Below, one piece after another: positions 10,200 to 19,191 of a stretch of DNA of 64,000 bases. A program made the position numbers and the translations under genes. Below the pieces are notes generated by a model that saw only the letters and a program-made list of their open reading frames with translations, had not been told where the DNA came from and made no database searches. The stretch is taken from NCBI GenBank assembly GCA_049426725.1, contig JBMSYN010000001.1, positions 32,003-96,002 on the forward strand. Reading direction: 5' to 3'. Source of the stretch: Candidatus Kapaibacteriota bacterium. Lineage in GTDB: Bacteria > Bacteroidota > Ignavibacteria > Kapaibacteriales > UBA961. Each line of letters opens with the position of its first letter. Position 1 is the stretch's first letter.

Positions 10200-11681
10200 A
10201 TGCAAGTATTTCATAATTACATCAACGGAGTTTTCACTCCATCCGAGCATGCAAACTCGTTTTTGAATATCAATCCTGCGGATTCCGAAGATAACATCGG
10301 GAGTTTCCCTCTTTCCAATCAACTAGAAGTTGATGAAGCCGTTGAAGCTGCCACGAAAGCTTTTGCGTCATGGAGCAAGTTGCCGGCTCCTAAAAGAGGC
10401 GATATACTACGAAAAGCCGGGGATATTTTTACAAGAAGGAAAGAAGAATTATCTGCAATCATGACAAGAGAAATGGGTAAACCATTGTTTGAAACTCTGG
10501 GTGATATTCAAGAGGCTATCGATACTGCGTACTATGCTGCCACAGAAACGAGAAGATTGTTTGGATATACAGCCCCCAGTGAAATGGATAATAAAATGAA
10601 TTTATCCTTTCGTACTCCTATCGGTGTTTGCGGTATAATTACAGCTTGGAATTTCCCTATTGCAGTACCCTCATGGAAAATTTTACCTGCTCTCGCATGC
10701 GGGAATACAATCGTCTTCAAACCCTCTGAAGATTCACCACATTCTGCTCATATTTTTGCTGAAATCCTCGAAGAAGCGGGTTTACCACCGGGAGTTTTTA
10801 ATGTCATCTATGGAGATGGCATTGCAGGATCTCTGCTCGTAGAGCATCCATCTGTAAAATTGATAGGTTTTACCGGTTCTACTATTACTGGAAAAAAAAT
10901 CGCAGAAAGATGCGGAGCTCTAAACAAGAAATGTTCTCTTGAAATGGGAGGCAAGAATGCTCAAATCGTTATGCCTGATGCAAACCTTGATTTGGCTTTG
11001 GATGGTGTATTGTGGGGTGCTTTTGGAACAACCGGGCAGCGCTGTACAGCAACTTCAAGACTCATTCTGCATGAAGATATTTATGATTCATTTATCAATG
11101 CTCTCATAACGAAGACAACACAAATCAGACTTGGAAATGGCGCTCATCCCGCTACACAAATGGGTCCGGTAATCAATGCTAAACAATTGGAAAAAATCAA
11201 GCATTATGTGTCAGTAGCTCGTTCAGAAGGAGCCACTTGTGTAATTGGTGGAGATGTTGAAATCGCCGGAGATTGCGCAAAAGGTCATTTTTACAAACCA
11301 ACAATCTTTATTGACGTTACGCCTGAAATGACCATTTTTAAAGAAGAAATCTTTGGACCTGTATTGGCTGTGTCAAAAACATATTCTTTAGATCATGCAA
11401 TTGCCTTGGCAAATAATTGTGATTATGGCCTTTCTTCTTCAATATTTACCGGAAATGTCGATGCAGCATTCAAAGCAATCAGAGATATTGAAGCAGGTAT
11501 CACATATATCAATGCTCCAACCATTGGTGCTGAGGCACATATGCCTTTTGGAGGAATCAAAGGAACAGGCAATGGCCACAGAGAAGGAGGATGGACGGCT
11601 TTCGAAATATTTACAGAATGGAAAACAGTGTATGTTGACTATTCAGGAAGTCTGCAAAGAGCTCAAATTGATAATTATTGA
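10200..11681 (+). CDS. NAD(P)-dependent aldehyde dehydrogenase family protein
   Basis: ALDH motifs are present: [29 protein letters not shown]. The ORF track starts at 10137 but that start overlaps the LOG gene and gives a hydrophobic leader; the ATG at 10200 ([12 protein letters not shown]) is preferred. Confidence 0.8.
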   Translation: MQVFHNYINGVFTPSEHANSFLNINPADSEDNIGSFPLSNQLEVDEAVEAATKAFASWSKLPAPKRGDILRKAGDIFTRRKEELSAIMTREMGKPLFETLGDIQEAIDTAYYAATETRRLFGYTAPSEMDNKMNLSFRTPIGVCGIITAWNFPIAVPSWKILPALACGNTIVFKPSEDSPHSAHIFAEILEEAGLPPGVFNVIYGDGIAGSLLVEHPSVKLIGFTGSTITGKKIAERCGALNKKCSLEMGGKNAQIVMPDANLDLALDGVLWGAFGTTGQRCTATSRLILHEDIYDSFINALITKTTQIRLGNGAHPATQMGPVINAKQLEKIKHYVSVARSEGATCVIGGDVEIAGDCAKGHFYKPTIFIDVTPEMTIFKEEIFGPVLAVSKTYSLDHAIALANNCDYGLSSSIFTGNVDAAFKAIRDIEAGITYINAPTIGAEAHMPFGGIKGTGNGHREGGWTAFEIFTEWKTVYVDYSGSLQRAQIDNY

Positions 11682-11742
11682 TGTAGCTTGTAAGGTTTCC
11701 ATCATAGTTATTGTCATAACTTCATGAACCAAAGGCATTTAG

Positions 11743-12351
11743 TTGATAAAAAAACGACATATAGAGCAAAAGCAAAGCATAGGAACTTTGGAAAACTCCC
11801 ATTCAAACAAGAATGAGGAATCATTATCATTCATGAATTTCTTGAATGGAGATGACAATGCTGCCATGTATTTTTTCAGATCATATAATCGAAAGATTTT
11901 TCTTTATTGCGCTAAACTGGTGAATAATACACATGTTGCTGAGGATATCACTCAGGAAGTATGGGAGCGCATCATAAAAATCAGAAATCAGTCTCACCCA
12001 GAGATTGCTAATCCGGGTGGATTCATGTTTACAATTGCGCGGAATTTATGTTTAAATCACATCAAATTGAGAAAACATACGATTCCAATAGATGCAATCT
12101 CTGAGATTGACATCCCCCATGAATTTCAACCTGGAAGCACAGATGTGGAGGAGTTAGTAAATTCTTCTTTGGACTCACTAAAATTTGAAGACAAAGAACT
12201 GCTTGTCTTAAATATGTTCTGCGGGTACCGTTTTGATGAAATTGCAGAAATGATGGGTATGTCTCCCAATGCCATTTGGACACGAGCCTCCAGAGCTAGA
12301 GCGCAGCTAAGAGAAAAAGTAAAGAAAATGATCAATAAAGATTTTGAATGA
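11743..12351 (+). CDS. ECF-type RNA polymerase sigma-70 factor
   Basis: Region 2 (AEDITQEVWERIIK) and region 4 (ELLVLNMFCGYRFDEIAEMMGMSPNAIWTRASRARAQLREKV) are present. An alternative start at 11833 is possible. Confidence 0.75.
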   Translation: MIKKRHIEQKQSIGTLENSHSNKNEESLSFMNFLNGDDNAAMYFFRSYNRKIFLYCAKLVNNTHVAEDITQEVWERIIKIRNQSHPEIANPGGFMFTIARNLCLNHIKLRKHTIPIDAISEIDIPHEFQPGSTDVEELVNSSLDSLKFEDKELLVLNMFCGYRFDEIAEMMGMSPNAIWTRASRARAQLREKVKKMINKDFE

Positions 12352-12379
12352 CAATCACCACCACTTATTACTGTATTAT

Positions 12380-12988
12380 ATGAATTCACACGAAACAATC
12401 GACAAATTCCTCAATGGCCAACTTACCCCAGAAGAAACGGCTCATTTTTTGAAAACTGTCGAACATGATTCCGAACTTCAATCTCTACTTGAGTCGGAAC
12501 GCATTATCAATTCCTGTCTAAACAAGGAGAGATTGCACCTTATGCAACATGATTTATCAGCTGTTGCCGGTGCTTTTGTTGCGTGCTTGGCTTCCACAGG
12601 TACGGTTGCATCTTCAGGATTGATAACAGCAGCCTATGCAAAAAAGGCAGGGATGTCTTGGTTAACGTTAGCAGCTTCTTCTGCATTGTCTATTTCTGTA
12701 TGTGCAGGTGCATATTGGTATCTGAATTCACAAAATGATTCAAAACCAATTCAAAGACAATCAAAAATAGATATAACCACACAAGCTACAGCAAAGGATA
12801 TTCCTTTGAAAGTACCTCGTCTGATTGTGGATAAGCAAAATGCACCGATGAAGGTAAAATCACGCTCTTCCAGTGTTGAGTTGAAAGTTTCTAATAAGAG
12901 CGAAGTTACTGAACCCGCGTCTGCTCCAGTAAAAAAACAGATACTCGAGCATTCATTCTCAAAATATCGACCCAAGATTCAAGACTGA
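12380..12988 (+). CDS. Putative anti-sigma factor, single-pass membrane protein
   Basis: It lies immediately downstream of the ECF sigma gene and overlaps it if the TTG at 12344 is used. It has an N-terminal cytoplasmic segment, one TM helix (AVAGAFVACLASTGTVASSGLITAAYA...) and a low-complexity C-terminal domain. Confidence 0.5.
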   Translation: MNSHETIDKFLNGQLTPEETAHFLKTVEHDSELQSLLESERIINSCLNKERLHLMQHDLSAVAGAFVACLASTGTVASSGLITAAYAKKAGMSWLTLAASSALSISVCAGAYWYLNSQNDSKPIQRQSKIDITTQATAKDIPLKVPRLIVDKQNAPMKVKSRSSSVELKVSNKSEVTEPASAPVKKQILEHSFSKYRPKIQD

Positions 12989-12993
12989 TGAGT

Positions 12994-13021
12994 AAAAACC
13001 GCCTACTTGGCGGTTTTTTTT
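12994..13021 (+). terminator. Rho-independent terminator after the sigma/anti-sigma pair
   Basis: Stem ACCGCC / GGCGGT with a 5-nt loop, followed by T8. It is A-rich upstream, so it could act in both directions. Confidence 0.7.
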
Positions 13022-13046
13022 GTCATTACCCACTTTTATAGTAGAC

Positions 13047-13060
13047 TATTTTTGTATAAT
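13047..13060 (+). promoter_or_regulatory. Candidate promoter -10 element (extended TG + TATAAT) for the channel gene
   Basis: TGTATAAT lies about 40 bp upstream of the ATG at 13097. It follows the terminator directly. Confidence 0.3.
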
Positions 13061-13096
13061 TTCGGAGGAATATATCATTCATCTATAGAGTTATTC

Positions 13097-15010
13097 ATGC
13101 CTTATCGAAAAGTTTCAAATGTACTGAAATATAAATTTGACAGTTTCATGTCAAAAGGGGTCATCTCTCTTATTGCCGGCTTATTTATACTTTCATTAGT
13201 ATTCGTACTTGTAATTTCTATAATTGGTGCAATTATTGGTATAGCAACCAATGATGAGTCATTTACAGATTTTGGGAAATTAATGTGGGGAACTGTGTTA
13301 CATTCTTTGGATGGTGGAGTCATATCCGCTCTTCATACGAATAATATCTCTTATGTTTCACTCATGCTTATTGCCACTCTTGGTGGTATGGTGTTAATTT
13401 CGATCCTTATTGGTGTACTTAATAGCGGAATTGCAAAACAACTTGAAGATCTAAGAAAAGGTCGTTCACTCGTAATCGAACACGGACATACCGTTATACT
13501 TGGTTGGTCTCCACAAATATTTTACATCATAAGCGAACTTGTTACAGCAAATGAAGGAAAGAAGAATTCTTGCATTTCTATTTTAGCAGAAAAAGACAAA
13601 GTAGAAATGGAAGATGAAATCAACATGAAAATTGGCGATTTCAAAGGAACAAAGGTCGTTTGTAGAACAGGTAATCCAATTGATTTAACTGATCTTGAAA
13701 TTATTAATCCCCATACTGCAAAATCAATCATCATCTTATCTCCGGAAGGCATTGAAGATCCGGATTCATTGATGATAAAAATGATACTTGCAATTACAAA
13801 TAATCCTCAACGCAGACCTGAAAGTTATCATATCGTAGCAGAAATTAGGGATCCCAAAAACATTGAAGTCGCTCGCCTTGTTGGAAAAAACGAGGTATCT
13901 TTCATCTTGATGGAAGATGTATTATCGAAGATTATTGCCCAAACCTGTCGGCAGTCAGGCTTGTCCGTTGTTTTCAATGAACTTCTCGATTTCAAAAGAA
14001 ACAAAATCAATTTTTTAGAAGAACAATCATTGATTGGAAAACAATTTTCTAAAGCCCTATTTTCCTATAATCGAGGAACACCAATTGGATTGCGTTATTC
14101 TAATGGATTAATTCAAATCAATCCACCATCACATAAACTCATTGAAAGAGGAGATCAAATCATTGTAGTTGCAGAAGATGGGTCAAAAATTAATCCTGTC
14201 AATAATCCAGATAGCAATGTAGACGCAACATGCATACGGCAATCCGAAGGAAATACGAGAATTCCAGAAAAAACTTTAATATTAGGTTGGAATAGGCAAG
14301 CTCACACAATAATAACAGAGCTTGACAATTATGTTGTGAAAGGTTCTATAGTCACCGTTGTAAGCGATATTGAAAACATTGTTTCAGAAATAGGACAAGT
14401 ATCTAAAGAATTACAAAATCTTTCCATTCATCAAATATCGGGGGATACAAGCAATCGCAGAGTACTTGATGATTTGGATTGTGAGACCTACGATCATATA
14501 ATCATATTAAGTCATTCATTAACCAATAATATTCAAGAATCAGATGCAAGAACTATTTTTACTCTATTACATCTTCGTGATATTGCAGAAAAAACAGGTC
14601 ATCCTTTTTCAATTGTCTCACAAATGCTCGATGTCCGTAACAGAGAGCTTGTCAAAGTCACCAGAGCTGATGATTTTGTAGTTAGTGATAAGTTAAACAG
14701 TTTGATGCTTTCACAGGTATCCGAAGAAAAAGCTTTAGCTTTGGTTTTTGAAGATCTTTTCCGTTCTGAGGGATCAGAAGTGTATTTAAAACCTGCTTCC
14801 GATTATGTTGAATTAAGAAAACCCCTGAATTTCTTCACTGTAGTTGAAGCTGCAAGACGTAGAAATGAAATTGCGATAGGATGCAGACTACTTTCTAAAT
14901 ATGATGAGGATGCTCTTGATCAAGGTGTGATTGTCAATCCTGATAAGACAAAGAATTTCACCTTTTTTGAGGAAGATAAAATCATTGTATTAGCAGAAAA
15001 TGATTGGTGA
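13097..15010 (+). CDS. CASTOR/POLLUX (DMI1)-like 2-TM ion channel with tandem RCK/TrkA-N-like cytoplasmic domains
   Basis: Two TM helices flank a pore-like segment (FGKLMWGTVLHSLDGG, compared with the ADAGNH filter of CASTOR). Then comes GHTVILGWSPQ (a Rossmann-like RCK start) and a second RCK-like repeat (KTLILGWNRQAHT). The ORF-track start at 13007 overlaps the terminator and is rejected. Confidence 0.55.
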   Translation: MPYRKVSNVLKYKFDSFMSKGVISLIAGLFILSLVFVLVISIIGAIIGIATNDESFTDFGKLMWGTVLHSLDGGVISALHTNNISYVSLMLIATLGGMVLISILIGVLNSGIAKQLEDLRKGRSLVIEHGHTVILGWSPQIFYIISELVTANEGKKNSCISILAEKDKVEMEDEINMKIGDFKGTKVVCRTGNPIDLTDLEIINPHTAKSIIILSPEGIEDPDSLMIKMILAITNNPQRRPESYHIVAEIRDPKNIEVARLVGKNEVSFILMEDVLSKIIAQTCRQSGLSVVFNELLDFKRNKINFLEEQSLIGKQFSKALFSYNRGTPIGLRYSNGLIQINPPSHKLIERGDQIIVVAEDGSKINPVNNPDSNVDATCIRQSEGNTRIPEKTLILGWNRQAHTIITELDNYVVKGSIVTVVSDIENIVSEIGQVSKELQNLSIHQISGDTSNRRVLDDLDCETYDHIIILSHSLTNNIQESDARTIFTLLHLRDIAEKTGHPFSIVSQMLDVRNRELVKVTRADDFVVSDKLNSLMLSQVSEEKALALVFEDLFRSEGSEVYLKPASDYVELRKPLNFFTVVEAARRRNEIAIGCRLLSKYDEDALDQGVIVNPDKTKNFTFFEEDKIIVLAENDW

Positions 15011-15889
15011 TTAAGTCATACATTCCTTCAATACAGCCATTCTAATAAATAGTCCATTTTTTACTTGTTCCCGAATTAGCACATTCGGATAATTCATGCA
15101 TTCCATGCTAAGTTCAATTCCATAATTAGCAGGACCGGGATGTAAGACAAGAAGATTATTATGTTTTTTTAAGAGCTCCTCATTCATACCAAAGTACTTT
15201 GCATATTCACTCTCGCTTGGAATGAGCCCCTTCTTCATTCTCTCTTGCTGCATACGTAGCATAATCACTGCATCTATATTATCGAGTTGATTATGGATTG
15301 TAGGTACTACATTAAGATGTTTCATTGAAGATAAAAGTAAAGTACCAGGACCGGTAACATAAACATTAGATCCAAGCTTCGTAAATAATTGCATATTGGA
15401 TCTTGCAACTCTACTATGGAGTATATCTCCAACAATAAGAATATTCTTTCCTTCAAGACTTCCCCATTTTCTGAAAAGCGTATATGCATCAACTAATGCT
15501 TGGGTCGGATGTTGATGAGAACCATCTCCAGCATTAACAATCAAAGATTTTGTTTCTTGCTCAACTAAATGTGGAGCCAAAGCCTGGCTATGACGAATAA
15601 TCCATCCATGAACTTCATACTGCTGTAAAGTATGAATTGTATCTACAAAGGATTCTCCTTTAGCAATACTACTTTGTTGAGCATTGAAAATGACGGGGGT
15701 TCCACCCAATCTCTTAACAGCTAATTCGAATGAAATTCTCGTGCGTGTTGAAGTTTCAAAAAAAGCAATGAGTATATCCTTGCCACTCAGGATAGAATCT
15801 TTTTTACTTCGCTGATAGGTATTTGCTTGCTCAAAAATATTTAGCACTTCATTTTTCGTCAAAGAAGAAATGTCAAGCAATGATTTCAT
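15011..15889 (-). CDS. pyrB: Aspartate carbamoyltransferase catalytic subunit
   Basis: Motifs STRTRISFE, HPTQAL, HSRVARS and HPGP are present. The track start at 15919 is a TTG that lies inside the hup terminator; the ATG at 15889 (MKSLLDISSL) is preferred. No pyrI is adjacent. Confidence 0.85.
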   Translation of the reverse strand: MKSLLDISSLTKNEVLNIFEQANTYQRSKKDSILSGKDILIAFFETSTRTRISFELAVKRLGGTPVIFNAQQSSIAKGESFVDTIHTLQQYEVHGWIIRHSQALAPHLVEQETKSLIVNAGDGSHQHPTQALVDAYTLFRKWGSLEGKNILIVGDILHSRVARSNMQLFTKLGSNVYVTGPGTLLLSSMKHLNVVPTIHNQLDNIDAVIMLRMQQERMKKGLIPSESEYAKYFGMNEELLKKHNNLLVLHPGPANYGIELSMECMNYPNVLIREQVKNGLFIRMAVLKECMT

Positions 15890-15900
15890 ATATATCTCCG

Positions 15901-15940
15901 CTATAAAAAAAGCCGCCAACCAATAAGGAGAGCGGCTTAT
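15901..15940 (-). terminator. Rho-independent terminator after hup, abutting the pyrB start
   Basis: On the minus strand, stem AAGCCGC / GCGGCTT with a ~15-nt loop is followed by T7. Confidence 0.7.
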
Positions 15941-15958
15941 GTAAGTTCCAAGCGATCA

Positions 15959-16261
15959 TTATTTCTTCATTGCTTTTTTAGCTTTTGGAGAATTTACGAT
16001 CTCTTTAAGAGCTTTTCCAGGAGAGAACTTGGGAACATTGCGTGCAGGAATCTTGAGGGATTCACCTGTGCGTGGATTAACACCTTCGCGTGCTTTGCGA
16101 TGGCTGGCACCAAAAGTACCAAAACCGAGAAGAGCAACAGAGTCACCAACACCGAGTTGTGCAGTGATTGTTTCGAAAACACTGTTTACTGCTCTTTCAG
16201 CAGCTACTTTTGACATGCCGGTATCTTCAGCAACGGCAGCAATGAGTTCTTGTTTATTCAT
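15959..16261 (-). CDS. hup: HU family DNA-binding protein
   Basis: MNKQELIAAVAEDTGMSKVAAERAVNSVFETI...RNPRTGE-like arm (GVNPRTGESLKIPARNV). The track start at 16282 adds 7 non-conserved residues. Confidence 0.9.
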   Translation of the reverse strand: MNKQELIAAVAEDTGMSKVAAERAVNSVFETITAQLGVGDSVALLGFGTFGASHRKAREGVNPRTGESLKIPARNVPKFSPGKALKEIVNSPKAKKAMKK

Positions 16262-16374
16262 TGAACTACTCCATAAACACATTAAGCGATAACGAATTAC
16301 ATATGCAATTTAGCATATAGATTACCTATTTCCCAAATACTTTTTCAAAATAATGGAAATTTTTTCTCTTTGAC

Positions 16375-17418
16375 TTACCGCATCAATAGTAGATTTGAGC
16401 CAATTTGAATCAAAACATATCCATATAAAAAGATAATTGTTGCTATTGCTGCTACAATATCGTCTGCCAAAACCCAAAAAGCACCTTTTTGCCTATTGAT
16501 AAGATTCATGGGAAATGGTTTAAAAATATCAAACATTCTAAACAGAATGAGAGAAAGTAATAACATTCCAGGGGTAAATGAAACAAATTCCACTGATAGA
16601 ATTATCCACATTCCAATAACTTCATCAATGACAATAACCGAAGCATCACTTCCATGCAATGATTCAATATATATTATGGAAGGAATCGATACCACAATGG
16701 TAAGTATTGTCAAAATCTGCAATTGTTGATGTGTTATTGGCAAAGTTGTAATTAAAATCGACATCACAGATGCAATTGTACCCGGTGCAAAAGGACTGTA
16801 TCCTATACCAAAACAAGTTGCAATCATTGTTTTCAATCCGGGAATTAATGGTTCCTTCAAGAGAGATTTTAGCAATAGTTTATTCTGAAAGCAATACTCA
16901 ATTGATGTATATACAGTAAGAAATACTATACCATACATGGTATAATCAATAAGAAAAGAATTATTTACTAAGTAATTTTTAGTGTCTGAAAAAGACAGTG
17001 ATAGTAATAATATGATGGTACATGTCAATTGCAGTGCAGTCTTTACTTTTGCAGGGAATGATGTGACAATTGGCATTGCTATCCGATCTGCATAAATTCT
17101 TAGCAATGTGATAAAAACATCTCTTCCAATGATGATGAAGATGACCCATGGTGCAATGATGTGAATTGCCATTAATCCAAGCAAAGCTGCATTTGTAAGA
17201 ACCTTATCGGCTATTGGATCAAGGAATGAACCAAAATTTGAAGTATTCCCCCATCGTCTTGCAATCCACCCATCCAGATAGTCAGTTATTGCTCCAATTG
17301 AAAATATGATTAGAGCATACATCAGATATGATGAATCCTCTGAACGTATCATTTGGTAGACCATTGGTGCTATCAAAACACGTAAAAAACTTAAGATATT
17401 GGGAAGTGAATAATTCAT
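16375..17418 (-). CDS. pgsA: Bifunctional fusion: CDP-diacylglycerol--glycerol-3-phosphate 3-phosphatidyltransferase (PgsA) + phosphatidylglycerophosphatase A (PgpA)
   Basis: The N-terminal half has the CDP-alcohol phosphatidyltransferase motif DYLDGWIARRWGNTSNFGSFLDPIADK and aligns with E. coli PgsA. The C-terminal half aligns with E. coli PgpA: FGIGYSPFAPGT (GFGSGLSPIVPGT), VIDEVIGMW (VWDEFIGMW), FRMFDIFKPFP (FRILDMWKPWP), ADDIVAAI (IDDIVAGV). Confidence 0.75.
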   Translation of the reverse strand: MNYSLPNILSFLRVLIAPMVYQMIRSEDSSYLMYALIIFSIGAITDYLDGWIARRWGNTSNFGSFLDPIADKVLTNAALLGLMAIHIIAPWVIFIIIGRDVFITLLRIYADRIAMPIVTSFPAKVKTALQLTCTIILLLSLSFSDTKNYLVNNSFLIDYTMYGIVFLTVYTSIEYCFQNKLLLKSLLKEPLIPGLKTMIATCFGIGYSPFAPGTIASVMSILITTLPITHQQLQILTILTIVVSIPSIIYIESLHGSDASVIVIDEVIGMWIILSVEFVSFTPGMLLLSLILFRMFDIFKPFPMNLINRQKGAFWVLADDIVAAIATIIFLYGYVLIQIGSNLLLMR

Positions 17419-17491
17419 TGGTATTTTGATTAATTACTTTACAAAAATAGACTAAATTGAAATTAAACATTTATACAAGGAAACAAGAATC

Positions 17492-18034
17492 ATGAATCGC
17501 AATGAACTTGCATCGATTATCTATGAAACTTCACATTTAACCGGTGAATTTCTTCTTCGTTCCGGTAAAATTAGCAATGAGTATTTTGATAAGTATCTTT
17601 TTGAGGCTAAACCAGAAATACTTACTAGTATAGCAACTTTCATGAAAGAACTCATTCCTTCTGACTGTGAGGTTTTAGCGGGACTTGAAATGGGAGGCAT
17701 TCCAATTGCAACTTCGTTAAGTTTAAAGTCAGGGCTTCCATGCGCATTCATTAGAAAAAAAGCAAAGGACTATGGAACAAGAAAAGTAAATGAAGGAACG
17801 GATATCAAAGGGAAAAAGGTTGTTATCATTGAAGATGTCATCACAAGTGGGGGGCAAGTGATTCTAAGTGCAAATGATTTGCGAGATTCCGGAGCCCATA
17901 TCTTGTGTTGCATATGCGTGATAAACCGTCAACAAGGTGGTAATGAAGCACTGCAAGAAGCAGGAATTCCCTTGATTTCTCTTTTTACAATGGAAGAATT
18001 AAAAAGTGCTGCAAATCACAACCATTCATCATAA
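17492..18034 (+). CDS. pyrE: Orotate phosphoribosyltransferase
   Basis: PRTase motif VVIIEDVITSGGQV is present, with OPRT-like N-terminal GEFLLRSGKISNEYFD. An SD-like AAGGAAA precedes the ATG. Confidence 0.85.
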   Translation: MNRNELASIIYETSHLTGEFLLRSGKISNEYFDKYLFEAKPEILTSIATFMKELIPSDCEVLAGLEMGGIPIATSLSLKSGLPCAFIRKKAKDYGTRKVNEGTDIKGKKVVIIEDVITSGGQVILSANDLRDSGAHILCCICVINRQQGGNEALQEAGIPLISLFTMEELKSAANHNHSS

Positions 18035-18774
18035 GAGCTAAGGGAGTCAAAGGATTTATAAGGTGCATATTTTGACAAGACATTTATTGTTGCTGTCATG
18101 TCCTTTGGTAAATCAGATGAATATTTCACTTTCCTATCATTCAAGGGATGCAAAAATTCTATGGATGTGGAATGGAGAGGAGTTCGAGAAAGCAAAGGTC
18201 TCTCTTCTTGATCCTTCCCTACATTGTACTTTTTCTTTATCGTGGATAATTTAAATTCCGAATTACTTCCATAATCAGGATCAACAAGCAAAGGATAACC
18301 AATTGCGGAAAGATGAACTCTGATTTGATGTAATCTACCTGTCTTAGGCTTACACTCAAGTAATGTAGCCATTCTAAATCTTTGCATGACTTGTATTGAT
18401 GTAAATGATTCCTTCCCTCTTGCTGAGGGTCTCATCAACCCCTTTTTTCTTGTATCGGCTATAAGAGGTATATCTATTTCTTGATAGTCCTTTGATACAA
18501 TCCCTCTCACAATTGCTGTATATGTTTTACTGACACTTTGATGTTCAAATTGTAAACTCAAATGTTTGTGTGCTTCAGCATTCTTAGCAAAAATCAGAAC
18601 TCCACTAGTGTCTCTATCCAATCTATGTACAGTAAATATCTCGCCATATGTGTCTAATAAAAAGGCACGAACATTTGGGAAATCTTTATCAAAACGATCC
18701 GGAATGCTTAACATACCTGCAGGTTTTGAGACAATTACGATTGACTCGTCATCATGAATTATATCTGGTTTCAT
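18016..18774 (-). CDS. RluA-family pseudouridine synthase
   Basis: Catalytic motif HRLDRDTSGVLIFAKN is present. The 3' end overlaps pyrE convergently by 19 bp. Confidence 0.8.
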   Translation of the reverse strand: MKPDIIHDDESIVIVSKPAGMLSIPDRFDKDFPNVRAFLLDTYGEIFTVHRLDRDTSGVLIFAKNAEAHKHLSLQFEHQSVSKTYTAIVRGIVSKDYQEIDIPLIADTRKKGLMRPSARGKESFTSIQVMQRFRMATLLECKPKTGRLHQIRVHLSAIGYPLLVDPDYGSNSEFKLSTIKKKYNVGKDQEERPLLSRTPLHSTSIEFLHPLNDRKVKYSSDLPKDMTATINVLSKYAPYKSFDSLSSYDEWL

Positions 18775-19172
18775 GGTCTTTCATATGAATGCGGTTCCCA
18801 ATCCATGCCTTCACATGGAATGTATTCCTCTGTTATATGTTCATCATAACGAGAACATATTTGAGCAGATGACTCAAAATGCATACAACTTCCACACATT
18901 GTACTTTCTGAAATTGTATCAATTGATTGCGAAAATATTGCCATTTCTCTGTATGCAGGATAAAATACAATCATCACAACCATGATTGAAAAAAGTGGCC
19001 AGAATTGATGGAATTCCCAAAAATCTGAAATCCACCACATTGTAATAATCAAAATTGACAATCGAATAAGCCCACCCATAACAACTGTACCTGTTGTAAT
19101 TCTGGGCGTTTTTCCATCTTTATGTTTTTTATGCAATCGAAACAGTAATATGTCCATCAATGTATCAAGCAT
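18771..19172 (-). CDS. Hypothetical 2-TM membrane protein with a C-terminal 4-Cys motif
   Basis: The track ORF 18771-19247 starts with TTG and overlaps the glycosyltransferase gene. The ATG at 19172 (MLDTLMDILLF) is preferred. Two hydrophobic helices are followed by CGSC...C...C. There is a 4-bp overlap with the rluA-family start. Confidence 0.35.
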   Translation of the reverse strand: MLDTLMDILLFRLHKKHKDGKTPRITTGTVVMGGLIRLSILIITMWWISDFWEFHQFWPLFSIMVVMIVFYPAYREMAIFSQSIDTISESTMCGSCMHFESSAQICSRYDEHITEEYIPCEGMDWEPHSYERP

Positions 19173-19191
19173 GAAATCATATCCATCTTTA

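Noticed and set aside
13007-13096. Earlier start of the channel ORF at 13007
   Set aside because: It would place the coding start inside the upstream intrinsic terminator hairpin and T-tract. The ATG at 13097 follows a TATAAT-like element and gives a sensible N-terminus.
15890-15919. Longer pyrB N-terminus (MAAFFIAEIY...)
   Set aside because: The track ORF starts on a TTG that lies within the hup terminator stem. The ATG at 15889 gives a canonical ATCase N-terminus.
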